From contig JAQGDQ010000238.1 in assembly GCA_030141605.1 (NCBI GenBank), positions 248,001 through 312,000 on the forward strand: a stretch of DNA of 64,000 nucleotides. Reading direction: 5' to 3'. Positions 39,209-51,589 of the stretch are shown piece by piece (the first letter of the stretch is position 1; the number at the start of each line of letters is the position of its first letter). The notes under the pieces are model-generated. The model saw only the letters and a program-made list of their open reading frames with translations. It ran no database searches and was not told the DNA's origin. The position numbers and the translations under genes were made by a program. This DNA comes from Tubiluchus corallicola (Eukaryota > Animalia > Priapulida).

Positions 39209-39740
39209 AAATCTTTATTTGCCATTTTAAAAACATTGACCATCATAATAAAAGACAGACAATCAGTGTTAGTTTAATAAAAACATACACTGTTCAGGGC
39301 AAATGCGTCTGGTGCAAGCTAAACTATAAGTGTAACTAGAAATTCAAAAATACAATATAAACTAGTTTAGTAAAGTCTAGGAAAAATGAAATTATGATTT
39401 GAGTAAGTATCGTCGTGTTCGTATGTCGGATATTCGAAACGAGTCATTAAATGTTTTTTTTAATTTAGACTTAAATATTGATAAAGAGCTGCTGTGTTCT
39501 ATTGATGTCGATAATGAATTCCAAAGTTCTATTGCTTGCTTAGTAAGGGAATTCTTTCCATATTGATTGTTCGTTCTAATGTTTCTTAAATTTAGTGTTC
39601 TGTTATTCATACTGGGGTTTTCAAGAAGTGGGAGCTTATTGTTTTTGAAAGAAGAATTAATATTGTTGATATATTTATAGAGAAACAAGAGAGTTTGATA
39701 ATCTCTATGGGCTTCTAATATGGGGATTTTCATGGACAAT
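39208..39740 (-). mobile_element. LINE ORF2 3' end and 3' UTR
   Basis: RTNNQYGKNSLTKQAIELWNSLSTSIEHSSSLSIFKSKLKK, then AATAAA and (TAC)n tail. Confidence 0.8.
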
Positions 39741-40523
39741 CAGTTACATCAACATTATTGAAACAACAATATCAATGACATTAATGAATAAGTGTACAGA
39801 GCAAAAAGTGGGTGAATGCCCGAAGAGGTCAATTTAGTATTTCTATGAATCCATGACTTCCTTGCTAAATTATAGATCCGAGACGTGATCAAATGTGACA
39901 CTCACCCGTTATCACCGGGTGGGTGAACTTGAGAAAAGTACGGACATTTCCTATTTAATTTAGGACACTAATACAATATTATTAATAGATAATGGAGTTC
40001 CGTATGTGACACTTAAAAACATGAAGTAAATTGCAGGCAACTTGTTTCAATAAAAACACAAGCAGTTTCCGCTTATCACTACTAACCCACAGCAAGAAAT
40101 TTATTTTTTGGACTTTTTTGAGTATTATATTTTAGCGTACTCGCATGTTCAGTTTTTACCTAAACTTTTACCTTGAATATTTGGATTGATTCGTATTAAA
40201 ATTTCTACTCGCCACGGAAAATGAGTTTGTTTTATTTGTTTGCCATTAACATCAGTTCATAGATTTGTAAGTTCGTAATTTCATTTTCCATTGGCTGCTG
40301 CTGTTATTGCTGTTGTAACGCAGTTGAAGTCTAGTCTAAATTTGAAATTCAGAATCAACATTTATCTGAGAGTGTGAATGCGCTGTTCAAAAATTAACGT
40401 TGCAGGCCAGTGACGATCAATTAGGCGCGAGTTAACAGTGTAGTCTTCGGTGGAATATGAAAGAAATGGAATTGGATTAATATAAATAGCTGAGTTGTAA
40501 TAATTTGTAGTAAAATTCTTGTC

Positions 40524-40661
<138 letters not shown>

Positions 40662-41011
40662 TCTTTATTTTAACACTTTAACCAACAATTATAAACTATT
40701 AGTTATTTCCGAAGTGGTCCATAAATAAAGGCATAAACATTACAATATTTAGCACACTGGGAGCAGTAAAATACCGAGTAATAAAATCTCGTTTAGAAAT
40801 CATACTATTAGACAGTTTAAAAACAATTTAAATATCACAGTTTATACAGAATGGATAAAACAAAATATGCAAATTATTTACAATACAGACAAATATAACC
40901 GAGTCAGCACACTTTTGTAAAACATCTGCAGTAAAGTAAAACATCTGCAGTAATGAACATTACAACCTTTCTAAATGGTTTACCAACTGATTGTTTCTTT
41001 CTTTTCTGTAG

Positions 41012-41129
41012 GCCAGCTGGACTGAAGTACATTAAGTTTGATAACTCTCGACATGGAGGAAAAAGCAAGTCGGATACTTCGACCTACACTCCATATAGAT
41101 TGTTCTGCAGTCTTCCATTCTTCAATTAA
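41012..41129 (+). CDS. unrecognised secreted protein, paralogue A, exon 3
   Basis: Polypyrimidine acceptor ttttctgtag; phase 2; PAGLKYIKFDNSRHGGKSKSDTSTYTPYRLFCSLPFFN-stop; 118 nt like 59751-59868; spliced protein 160 aa. Confidence 0.85.
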
Positions 41130-41585
41130 TTTTTTCCTATTTTTCCTATTTTCCTATTAATTTATTTCCTACTTTTTCTATTGTAAGTATAATACAAAAT
41201 AAAGAAATATTTTTCAATGGTCTTTTGTGCATTCGCATTTTTTCACTTTGTGACTAGAAACACGTGTGGGCTAAAACATCGCGTTTCTTCATTCCTTTCT
41301 TGGGGGATTTTGAGGTAGTAAAACTGGCAATCGTTTGGGGCACTGAATAATCCATTCTGTGTTGTTTGCATGACATGATTTCAATAGTGTATTGTTTGCA
41401 AGTTTGGTGAAATATTTTCTGTTTTGCTGTCCTTATATCCGGTCATTACTTTCAAGACAGTACAGTGAAGTGTTAATATTTTTTGAAGTTTTTGAAATTG
41501 AATTAAATGTTTAATCCACAAAACCAAATTTTTAGTTAAACAATATTATGGCCAACCGGTGCCATTGCCATGTGTTATGTGACGG

Positions 41586-41588
<3 letters not shown>

Positions 41589-41629
<41 letters not shown>

Positions 41630-41922
41630 AGATGTAGATGTGGATGTAGATGTAGATGTAGATGTAGATGTAAATGTAGATACAGATGTAATGTAGAAGT
41701 AGATGTAGATGAAGATGTAGATGTAGATGTAGACGAAGATGTAGATGTAGATGTAGACGTAGACGTAGACGTAGACGTAGACGTAGACGTAGACGTAGAC
41801 ATAGACATAGACATAGACATAGACATAGACATAGACATAGACATAGACAAAGACATAGATATAGATATAGTCATAGATTAGATGTAGATATAGATGTAGA
41901 TATAGATGTAGATGTAGATGTA
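41589..41922. repeat. (AT)n plus hexamer (GATGTA/GACGTA/GACATA)n
   Basis: Direct reading. Confidence 0.95.
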
Positions 41923-42199
41923 GCTATAAATATAGATCTACACGAATATACAGCTTTACAAAAACAGCAATATAAACAACTATTTACACGTTAAGGTCTT
42001 AAAATTTATATGATATCCATTAATAAGTGAAGTCTGGTTGTTCTTAGATTGTTGACCATCTAATCAAGCTTATTTACGTATTATCTCCACGAAGCATACA
42101 ATCAAAATGGTTACACATAGTTTTATCCGACAATAGGCTAGTCAGATACAGCGAGTATGCAGTTATTAAGGCCGTGTTTCCATCTAACCCTGAAAAAGA

Positions 42200-42900
42200 A
42201 GCCGTCTCTCACCTGTTCAATTCTATGAGGTTTAATTTTTATAAACTTGTCCACCATTACCTTTCTGTAGTTTTAAGCACTTTGTTTAGTAATTTGAAAA
42301 GAAGATACTACATTAAATTGCTGTTTGCTACATTCACCATGTCTCACCCAGTTTTTTTTCCTGATGGTCCCTTACATATTTTCTACACACCGTCATCCTT
42401 GTACAAAGTTTTATGTTAGTTTCACCGACATATTGTTCTCCGCATCCAGAGCAAGTTATTATGTATACTAAATTCTTTTAATCACAAAAATCGTCTTTAT
42501 TGACTTTACAAAAAATATTTAACTTCGATAATGTAGTTGCACGTAGTACATCTTGGTTTACGACATTTTTAACTCATTCTCCATTGGAGAACCTCATTTT
42601 GACTTTGACAGAATTTACTACCCAGCAGTCTGGCTTCTCCTATGCTTCTCCCTAATTTATCACTGCTGCACAAGACAGGGAGTCTTCTGTTTGTATTGTT
42701 CGGGCTGTATGTACTTATCAAAATAACTCGTTCTTTTTTTGGTCTGGATCTTTTTTTGTTCTCTCATTATGCAAATCAACCTCATCTTGTGATAAAGCTA
42801 TCATTATACTTTTGAAAAACGTTTGTCTTAATTTACACTTTTTACAGTAGCATTTGACAACCTTCTGCTGTTTGTGAGTAAGCTTCAGAGTTGCGGAGTC
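42200..42900 (-). mobile_element. Penelope-like element remnant (GIY-YIG endonuclease)
   Basis: Minus strand KCRKPRCTTCNYI ... NLVYIITCSGCGEQYVGETNIKLCTRM, disrupted. Confidence 0.8.
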
Positions 42901-44379
42901 AGGCTAGCCAGTTAAAGCGCTTGATTGGCCATTGTGGGGTGTGAGGTGGGCTCCTACTGGTTGATTGACATGATGCGATCTCTCTTTTACTTTCTACGTG
43001 CACAATCTCGTTGACAGCATTTGAATTTACACCTTAAATTAAATTAAAGCTATACAACATCATTTTGAGCTTACTGAGAGGTGTCGAACCCAAATATATG
43101 ATGAATATATACAAATGAAGAAGTTACACAAGCACTCGGTATTTTCATATTACAGCAGTAGGTGCATTGGGATGCTTGTTTACAAAGTTGACTAATTTCA
43201 ATTTTTGTTAAATACTTTTAAATCCCATTGCGCCTGCACATCTTTAGTCTCAGTATCAGTGAAAACTCGTACCGAGCTTTAGACTACAATAAGATTAGAA
43301 ACAACATTGGAAAATTGGAATTTCATTACGTAATATTACCATGCATTAGCTTTTGACAGTTAAAGTTACACATTTATATAATTAGCAATGTTTAAGTTGC
43401 GACTGAAAATTTTTTGCATGTTAAAACATTAAATGCTGGAATAATGTCAACCAATCATCAACTGAAAAATAGTGAGTGAGCACTCAATACAAGGAGCAAA
43501 ACGATAAACGAATCAACCAGTGCACATCAACCAGTGACAGTCCTGGTCATTGCAAAAGAAGATATAGCACTGATAAGGATTTGTAGCCAAGAAAACATGG
43601 ATTATCTGGATTACGATATTACTTCCGTACGATATCAGGAATTCCCTTAAAGAGAAAATGTACAATGGGTGCTACATGAAGAGGAACTAAAGCAAAAATT
43701 ATTGAGTGCTGGGACCAAATGCACTTTAAAGAAGTGAGAAACTGTATCAGCTGTTGGTGGAAACGCCTTCGTCTAGTTTGCAGTGAAAATGGTTGGCGTA
43801 TGGAGCACTTGCTGTAAATTCAGTAGTCACAAAGTTTTTACCGATATTTATTTTTGTGACTTGTTGGTTTAAAACTTCTGTATCTCTCGAAAAATCTCAA
43901 ATAATGGCTTACAATTTTTGGCGCTTATGCAAAAGCGTTCGTAACATCAGTTTAGTAATTTTCAGATGATTTCATTATTTTCTTCTGATAATATCATAAT
44001 CAAATCTTCCGTACTTTTTGCGCCATCTGATGTATTGCCTAGTTGTTCTCGTTTAAACCCGAGGACCTCCATCCAATTATTTCTGCCATTATTTTGCTTC
44101 ATTCCGTTTTGGTGGAAATACTTCCCAGCCACTTTACATTAAAATTTACTTTCAAAAAAATTCTGTCGGTACTTACTATAATCGTTTTATCTGCATGCGC
44201 AAGGCAATATAGATCCCATAAGATTATTTCATAAAACAGTTGCTACACATCATACAAGAATGCATTAAAAAGTATTAATGCTGAAACGGCACCACCTCGG
44301 TTCGAGATCGACGTCCTGAAACGAAACTAAGAAACCAAGCAACTGGCAAACATTCACCAGCTTTAAATGTATATACGTA

Positions 44380-44383
<4 letters not shown>

Positions 44384-44447
<64 letters not shown>
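44384..44447. repeat. (TG)n
   Basis: Direct reading. Confidence 0.97.
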
Positions 44448-44450
<3 letters not shown>

Positions 44451-45809
44451 TTATCCATGAGGAACTAGAGTACATTTTTATACCAGATCTCATACGAAAT
44501 TTAGAAACTAAATCTATCCTACAAACATAATAAGTTAATAAGTTAGCTCATGTTTCAGCCTAAATATTGATCTACGAGTGAGCATAATTGTAATTGTAGA
44601 TAATTGTGATATTTTGTATTTATTGTAGATAATAGTAATATTTTCTGTATATTTAGTACTTAACTATATTTGAACGTTTGACCAATGACTCCTGTAGTGT
44701 TTTCTGCTGGTTATATTTCCTTAGAAACGCTGCAATATTTTGTTACATTATTGAGCAAATGCAGTAACAATATTGCGCATTACTGTGAACTAGGAACTGT
44801 AATGCTAAGTGGATAAATAAATACTTAAATACTTAATACTTATACGTTGAAAGTCCGGAATTTGTCAGAAAATTGTACAGAGACAGGGATGCTTCTAGAA
44901 ATTACAGATATCAGTTGTTCAGTTGTTCCGAATCTATCTACGTGCGTCCACAACGTGGGATGGAATACACTTTCAATTTAACAAGTTTTGTATCAATGAA
45001 GCGGGGTCTCGTAACAATTGCATGAGAATATGCGTCACTGAGTTTTGGGTCATTATTCTCGGGCATTTTGGGCTGGTGTTCATGTCGGGAACTAGACGAA
45101 TTGGCCGTAATAAGAGTTTTGTACATTCTTCCAGACATTTTTTCAGACAGATAATGAAAGATTACCAGCGACACGTTTTTCCAAAGATTGGACATACTTG
45201 TTGAGAATCTGTCAAGTGCGTAAAGTAATGTGTGAGTAAAAATGCCATGTGTTGTAATTAAAATTGTACGAGCAGATAAAGTCAATAAATGTCGTACGTT
45301 ACCAGAAATAAGTTGCAGATAGGTCATGAATGTCGGTTAACTAGCTTGGCTCTGACACTAGTCATGGAATATATAACACATAAAAAATTGTCAAATCTTG
45401 CGGCAAGTTTCTACCTTTGTCCTGTACATTTGACTTTAAAATTCTTCGTCAGTTTGCTCAGTAATACACATTAAATAGTGTCTATTTGCACTGATATGGA
45501 AACAGTAAACACTGTACTGGCTTACACTACAGCATAGACTGCAAAGGGAACTTTATGTTTGAATTCGCTTATAATAAAGAGTTTTGGTGTGTGTTTGTGA
45601 GTTCGAGCTTCTGTGATAGCAACGTTTGGTAAATTAGTAACAAAGCAGGTTACATACCAAGATGCATCTTTTCCAGGAACCTATTGTTTAGATGTAACCT
45701 TTCATGATCAAAAGTTATACTACCAGAACTTGAATCCACGACTTTGTCAGTAGTTCGATGCAGCTGTTGCTATCATCGTTTAACTCGTAAGCGACACTAC
45801 CTGCCACAC

Positions 45810-45943
45810 ATGACGACAGTTTTCACTGGAAATAAAGCACTTGTTGTTCTTTGTTTTAGTGTTGGATTAAATCTAGCGTTTTTCGTGTTTTATCTACGAA
45901 ATGGTTCACTCGAAATTGCAATTTATAACAGAAACCTCACAAG
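45810..45943 (+). CDS. GAL3ST: galactose-3-O-sulfotransferase family, exon 1 (type II signal anchor)
   Basis: MTTVFTGNKALVVLCFSVGLNLAFFVFYLRNGS.. then AG|GTATGG phase-2 donor matching phase of exon 2. Confidence 0.72.
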
Positions 45944-46893
45944 GTATGGCTTAACCGCGGAATTGTGTTGCTAAAATGTTATTTCACTGAATATTGCAAA
46001 ACCTGCGAATATCACCAGACCATTTGCCTCAAGAGAAAAAAAGTGATAGGCATGACGTATTTGTAACGCAATAAATGAAAATCCATTTATGTGGCCATGC
46101 CTCTGAGCATCTTCCAAGCTATTCTAGTGTCCCAGAATACAAAACCCATTGTACAAATAACTCAGAATTATCCCATTCGAAGTTATACGAAAAGACTCGC
46201 TGAACAGTACAGGATGATTACTATGAAATTCTTCATTAGTAACAATGAACCGTTGTTACAGAAAATTCCACAATTACATTTAGGCTTATAATTTTTTATT
46301 ATTAAATGTTAGTGTTTCGAAAACTCGTTAGTTCTCATAGTCAGATCTGTAGCAAAAGATAAAAAAGAATTTCAAAACTTCAAAAGCAAAAATAATTACG
46401 ATAATTTAGAAGATATTTCTAAAGTAGTCATAGTTCGCAATGCATTAACAACAAAAGACGATAAACATTCTTAGTGTAACTTTAATTAACGTAGAAATGT
46501 GATCAGCTAACAATACATTCTGTGGAAAAAGTCGTGATTTAAATTCACTTTAAAATAAAAAACTTTACAATCCTAATGAAGATTTAACAATATATGGCCA
46601 ATCAAGGCGTTATTTGACGGGTAGACAATTCTACCTTGTCAAAATTTCCCGTCAAAATAGTGTCACTTGGATGAGTAGCTGTTCCACTGCCAGGTTTTCG
46701 ATTTTTAATATCTTAAATTTTTAACATGTTTTTAAATCTAGTTTTCAAATCTTCTTTACTCTCACCAAAATAAATTTTGTTACAGATCGATGCTTTACAA
46801 GGAACATGATATACTGACATGCAATTATAGCTAAATTGAACTTACAACTTGATTTGCTAAAGCAAGCAAATGTGGAAAAAATAGTAGCAAATA

Positions 46894-47192
46894 CACAGAC
46901 ACAAATACAGATACGGATACGGATACGGATACGGATACGGATACGGATACGGATACGGATACGGATACGGATACGGATACGGATACGGATACGGATACGG
47001 ATACGGATACGGATACGGATACGGATACGGATACGGATACGGATACAGATACAGATACAGATACAGATACAGATACAGATACAGATACAGATACAGATAC
47101 AGATACAGATACAGATACAGATACAGATACAGATACAGATACAGATACAGATACAGATACAGATAGAGACACAGACACAGATATAGATATAT
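46894..47192. repeat. hexamer microsatellite (GATACG)n/(GATACA)n in sulfotransferase intron 1
   Basis: Direct reading. Confidence 0.97.
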
Positions 47193-47420
47193 ATATCATT
47201 TATCAATACAATATCAATGAATTCATGAATTCTAAAGGCGTATGCTACTTTCTATAAACATTGTTTGGATGAAACCATAAATTTTTCTTAAAATTTTGCA
47301 CGTTTTCTTGGTCAAGCTATTGAAAAGGAATGAAAAATTGCTGAATAGCCTATAAACATCATTTTTGTCAAGAGCTGTTTTTATTGCTTCAAAGTTTTGT
47401 TTGTTTTTGCCATTTTGCAG

Positions 47421-47550
47421 TGGCCCAGCATCACTCGTGTCAAGCATCAGAAATTCATTTGGTTATGCCAAACGATGCAAGGAAGTTGTCCATTTTGTGT
47501 TTGTTAAAGTACATAAAACTGGAAGCGACACTCTTGGCGTTATGTTTCAG
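47421..47550 (+). CDS. GAL3ST: galactose-3-O-sulfotransferase family, exon 2
   Basis: ttttgcag acceptor, CAG|GTAGG donor; 5'-PAPS motif FVFVKVHKTGSDT. Confidence 0.9.
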
Positions 47551-47981
47551 GTAGGAAAATCTAAACAGTAAATTTAACATTTTACTAATACTGTACAAAC
47601 GAAACTGTTACTGCATTACACGCCTATTAAAATACAAAGTTATTTCGTTCACTGTGCATGAGGTATACACTATAGCATCTACTGCAGTTAGGTTCTTTAA
47701 AGAGCAAAGTTTGGCCATCAAGATAGGTTGTCATTGTCTCTCTAGCTTTTAGATGTTGCTATGAAAAAAATACGGTCAAAAACTCACATCTGATCAGATA
47801 TATTGAATTTGTAAACACTTATCACCAGCACCTTCTTCCCTATCGTTGTTTTCATTTCTACCTGCTGCTGATTCTTCTTTCTCTTTCCTTTTTGTCCTTC
47901 CTTTTACCTCTTGTATCATTTTACTTTTCGATTTTTCTGTCACGGATTTATTTGATCCGTGGTTTCTTTGTCACATTTCAG

Positions 47982-48902
47982 AGATTTGGACACGAGAGAA
48001 ACTTGACGTTTGTCCTTCCTCGTCACAAGTGGAATCTTCGGTGGCCCTACAACTTACGCCAAAACGACTATCTGCCATTGAAGACGAAGGAGTTCAACAT
48101 ACTCACCTATCATTGTATGTACAATCGAACATTGTTCCGTCAGCTCATGCCGAAACAGACCAAATATATTGCCATTCTCAGGTATCCGTACAAGCATTTC
48201 AAATCCGCCTTCCACTTCTTCAAAATTGCAGGTCAAATGAGAAAAAGAAACATTTCCCAATTGCAACAGATGCAAAATTTCGGTTTGTTTTTGTCAGATC
48301 CGGATTTTTATACAAAGCAGTTTAAACTTCAAGTCTTACAGCTACCAAGCCTTGCATTCGATCTCGGGTTTCAGGCGGAAGATCAGAACGACATGCACAA
48401 GACATTCCAGTTCATTAAACAATTAGAACAAGATTTTGACTTGATAATGATCACAGAATATTTTGACGAATCTCTGGTTCTTCTCCGCCGCCAGTTCTGC
48501 TGGCCGTTGAGGTCCATTTTGTACATTACCAAGAACGTAAAAAAATATCACAGTTTTCCCGTTAAACGTAATTCAAGTTACGATTACGACAAAGCTTATC
48601 AGAAATTGCATCGGAAATGGAATCAGGTCGACTACATCTTATACGACCATTTTAATGAAACGTTCTGGAGGAAGTTTGGAAGGCAAAATGATATCGTAGA
48701 GGAGGTGTTCTATTTTAAAGAACTTAACGCTAATGTGACCGCGTACTGTATGACTCCTCATGACAAACGGGAAAAATATTATAATGTGAAGGCTTGTGAG
48801 TGGACAAGGGCATTCAGGGTGGGGATAAACGAGTGTAAATGTATGAAAAACTCTATGAATATGTATATCAGCATCCTAAAAGGCATCTATTATACAGTTT
48901 AA
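47982..48902 (+). CDS. GAL3ST: galactose-3-O-sulfotransferase family, exon 3
   Basis: tttcag acceptor; RFGHERNLTFVLP, FNILTYH, YIAILRYP..HFKSAF (3'-PAPS), FDLG, FDLIMITEYFDESLVLLRRQFCW, WNQVDYILYDHFNETFW; spliced product 394 aa. Confidence 0.94.
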   Translation, partial: RFGHERNLTFVLPRHKWNLRWPYNLRQNDYLPLKTKEFNILTYHCMYNRTLFRQLMPKQTKYIAILRYPYKHFKSAFHFFKIAGQMRKRNISQLQQMQNFGLFLSDPDFYTKQFKLQVLQLPSLAFDLGFQAEDQNDMHKTFQFIKQLEQDFDLIMITEYFDESLVLLRRQFCWPLRSILYITKNVKKYHSFPVKRNSSYDYDKAYQKLHRKWNQVDYILYDHFNETFWRKFGRQNDIVEEVFYFKELNANVTAYCMTPHDKREKYYNVKACEWTRAFRVGINECKCMKNSMNMYISILKGIYYTV

Positions 48903-49711
48903 CCCTTAGCCGGCCAAGAGGTTTTTATATTACCATAAAGACCAAGCGGGGTAAAAATTACCCCCATGAAAGTTTTGCTTAACATGTGTTACTAACTGGA
49001 CAGAATGACCAACTGGTAACGGAGGTGCTCCTATTAATACAAAACCAAGTTCTGTGGCAAGTTAGCATAGATATATGAGGGCATTAAGGATAAAAAGAGG
49101 CATTCCACCATTGCACTATATTGTTTATGCTATATTATTTATGCATGGCTTTTCAAGTCTTATGAAAATTTTTATAATAGCCTAACGATGTTCACTGTTT
49201 AATTCTAAGACATCCACTTCGTCTTCACCTGCTGGATCTTCTAAAATTTTATCTTCATCAGCTTCAAGCTTAGGCACCTGTACAGCTAGAATTCCCGCCA
49301 TATTACTAAATGAATAATGTCCACAAACTTTAATGTGAAATTTCCTCTACAGATCTACGAAATCTCTTTGCAGAACAGCAGGCTGCAATTGGGAGGTTTG
49401 CAGCACTGCTCAGTTTTAAAAGTAAAGGCATGGTGCTACCAGAAAGAAAAATACTACGAAGTAAAATCCAAAGTTTTGCCTACATAAAAGAAAGGGGGGT
49501 AATAGCTACTCCACGTCTGGTAGTATCTGGCACCTGTGCTTTGTAAAAAGCATGAATAGTACTTTTCAACAAATATAAGACATGGTTGCATAATAAATCG
49601 AAAAATGTTTAGTCGCTACTAATTTGAAATTTTTCGTTGTGTGCATCAACGCAAAAAATGTGAGCAAACACTGTTGGGATAATTTTTTACCCCACCTTGG
49701 TCGGCTAAGGG
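48903..49711. mobile_element. piggyBac-like non-autonomous element
   Basis: TIR CCCTTAGCCG(G/A)CCAAG, TTAA TSD at 48899-48902 and 49712-49715, internal repeat ACCAAG..GGGGTAAAAATTA. Confidence 0.92.
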
Positions 49712-49749
49712 TTAAAATCACAAAACTGCAAGTGACGCTCCTGGCTTTG

Positions 49750-50195
49750 TGCTTCAGGTAGCAAACGTTACATTGCAATTAAAATACTGCATAAAAAGAA
49801 AATGTTGCTGTATTGCAAACCTATCAAAATACAAAATTATTTTGATTACAGTGTATGAGGTATATACTAGAGTCTACTGCACCTGGATGTTTTACAGGGC
49901 AAACCTTCGCCATCAAGATAGGTTGCCATTGTACCCCTAGCTTTTAGAGATTGCTACGAAAGAAAATACGTACAACTGATCTGACATGTTGAATTTGTAA
50001 ACAGCAAAAGTTGGATTTTGCCATCACTGGCACATACTATCTTATTGTTGTTTTCATTTCTACTTAGTCCTGATTCTTCTTTTCCTTTTCTTTTCTTTCC
50101 TTCATGTGTGAACGTATGAAAAATAATGAATAATGAATAAACTCCATGAATACGTATATCAGCATCCTAAAAGGTTTTCTTTATATAGTTTAACT
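49750..50195 (+). pseudogene. relic tandem copy of the sulfotransferase gene lacking most of exon 3
   Basis: 49850-50100 resembles intron 2 (47655-47900; GCCATCAAGATAGGTTG..CTAGCTTTTAGA); 50105-50195 resembles gene end 48833-48903 (TATATCAGCATCCTAAAAGG). Confidence 0.75.
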
Positions 50196-51116
50196 TTAAC
50201 GCCTCAGTACAATAGTATTTTAGAAATTATAATGACTGCGAACGATGTTATCGTAACATTTCTGTGTTAATTTTCCGTTCCCTTAATGACTTTCGCAGAA
50301 AATAAACCTCAGAGACAAAAACTACTTCTGTAATAGTAATGGTGATTCCATATCCATTACTATCTACTTCTTGTAATTAAAATAAAACAATCGTTGACAT
50401 GCAAAAAAGACCGTAGGTAATATTTTCTATCTAGCAAAAGTTATAAATAGCCGAGAAGGCAACATACAAGATTGCAACTAAAATTTAAGGATAAAACATG
50501 CAAGGATATGGGTAAAATTGCATTCAATGAGCAAACAAAATGTGACCAAATATGTACCGTATACAACTCATATTTGCATATTTACCTGATTCATTCTGCA
50601 ATAAATAACTAATTACTGTATCAGGATCAAAGTTCAGAATGACAGTGGTTTACTTTAAAATATAGGTAATGTACAATTGTATGGTAAACAACTAGTGATC
50701 ACAAGTATTAAGACTCCAAGTTTCATTTCCTTGAACCTGGAAACCAAAAGCAGCAACCAATTCTATAATGTTGTGGCACACATTTAAATAGGTTAACAAA
50801 GACGAAGGAGTAAAGCATTCAAAACCAGTTGGTGTCACAGATGTGAAATCCAACTTCCCGCACTTTTTTACCCCATCTGGTGGTACCCAGCGGTAAGAGA
50901 AAACTAGCTGCAGTAAATAGCTGATGCCACGCTCTGCTATAGATCATCTTAAAGGCCGTCCAGGCGTCTGCACAGTCATTCAAAGCAGTACTTTTGTCGA
51001 ATTTGTCAGTGTTGAAGAACCGTGTGGACGCCGAGAATGACAAGGAAATTTGAATGTCACTTACTTTTGACGATATCCAGCTGCTTTTCATTTTCGTCAA
51101 TGTCGTTCGTTATGCT

Positions 51117-51366
51117 CAGAATGAACAACCAATAATAATGAGCACTGGTGACTCATCTAGAATGAATAATCAATAATAATGAGCGCTGGTGACTCATCTA
51201 GAATGAATAATCAATAATAATGAGCGCTGGTGACTCATCTAGAATGAATAATCAATAATAATGAGCGCTGGTGACTCATCTAGAATGAATAATCAATAAT
51301 AATGAGCGCTGGTGACTCATCTAGAATGAATAATCAATAATAATGAGTGCTGGTCACTCATCTAGA
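51117..51366. repeat. 41-bp minisatellite, 6 units, each with an AP-1-like site
   Basis: Unit AATAATAATGAGCGCTGGTGACTCATCTAGAATGAATAATC. Confidence 0.93.
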
Positions 51367-51589
51367 AGAGCCCATTTATAGCGGGTGCCAATTTGTATGC
51401 TGACACTAAAAACAACTATTCATTAACCAAAAGCGCCTGCATACATTTTAAAAGTAGACTAGTAGAAAATACTGAAAAAGTGCTTCTATAAAGTTCTAGA
51501 GGTGATTTTCTAAAAGTGGGCAACATAGCCAGACTTATGATGCTCCGAAGAAGCTGTTGCCGGCTTGGAAAATTGGCAAAAAGAGTCAA

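Noticed and set aside
44938-45327. 129-aa minus ORF
   Set aside because: No recognisable motif or supported splice structure
47892-47981. ORF-track N-terminus of the sulfotransferase as a signal peptide
   Set aside because: Is the polypyrimidine end of intron 2; real frame joins exon 2 at FQ|RFG
51117-51366. 41-bp repeats as a CRISPR array
   Set aside because: Units are contiguous with no unique spacers; eukaryotic context, no cas genes
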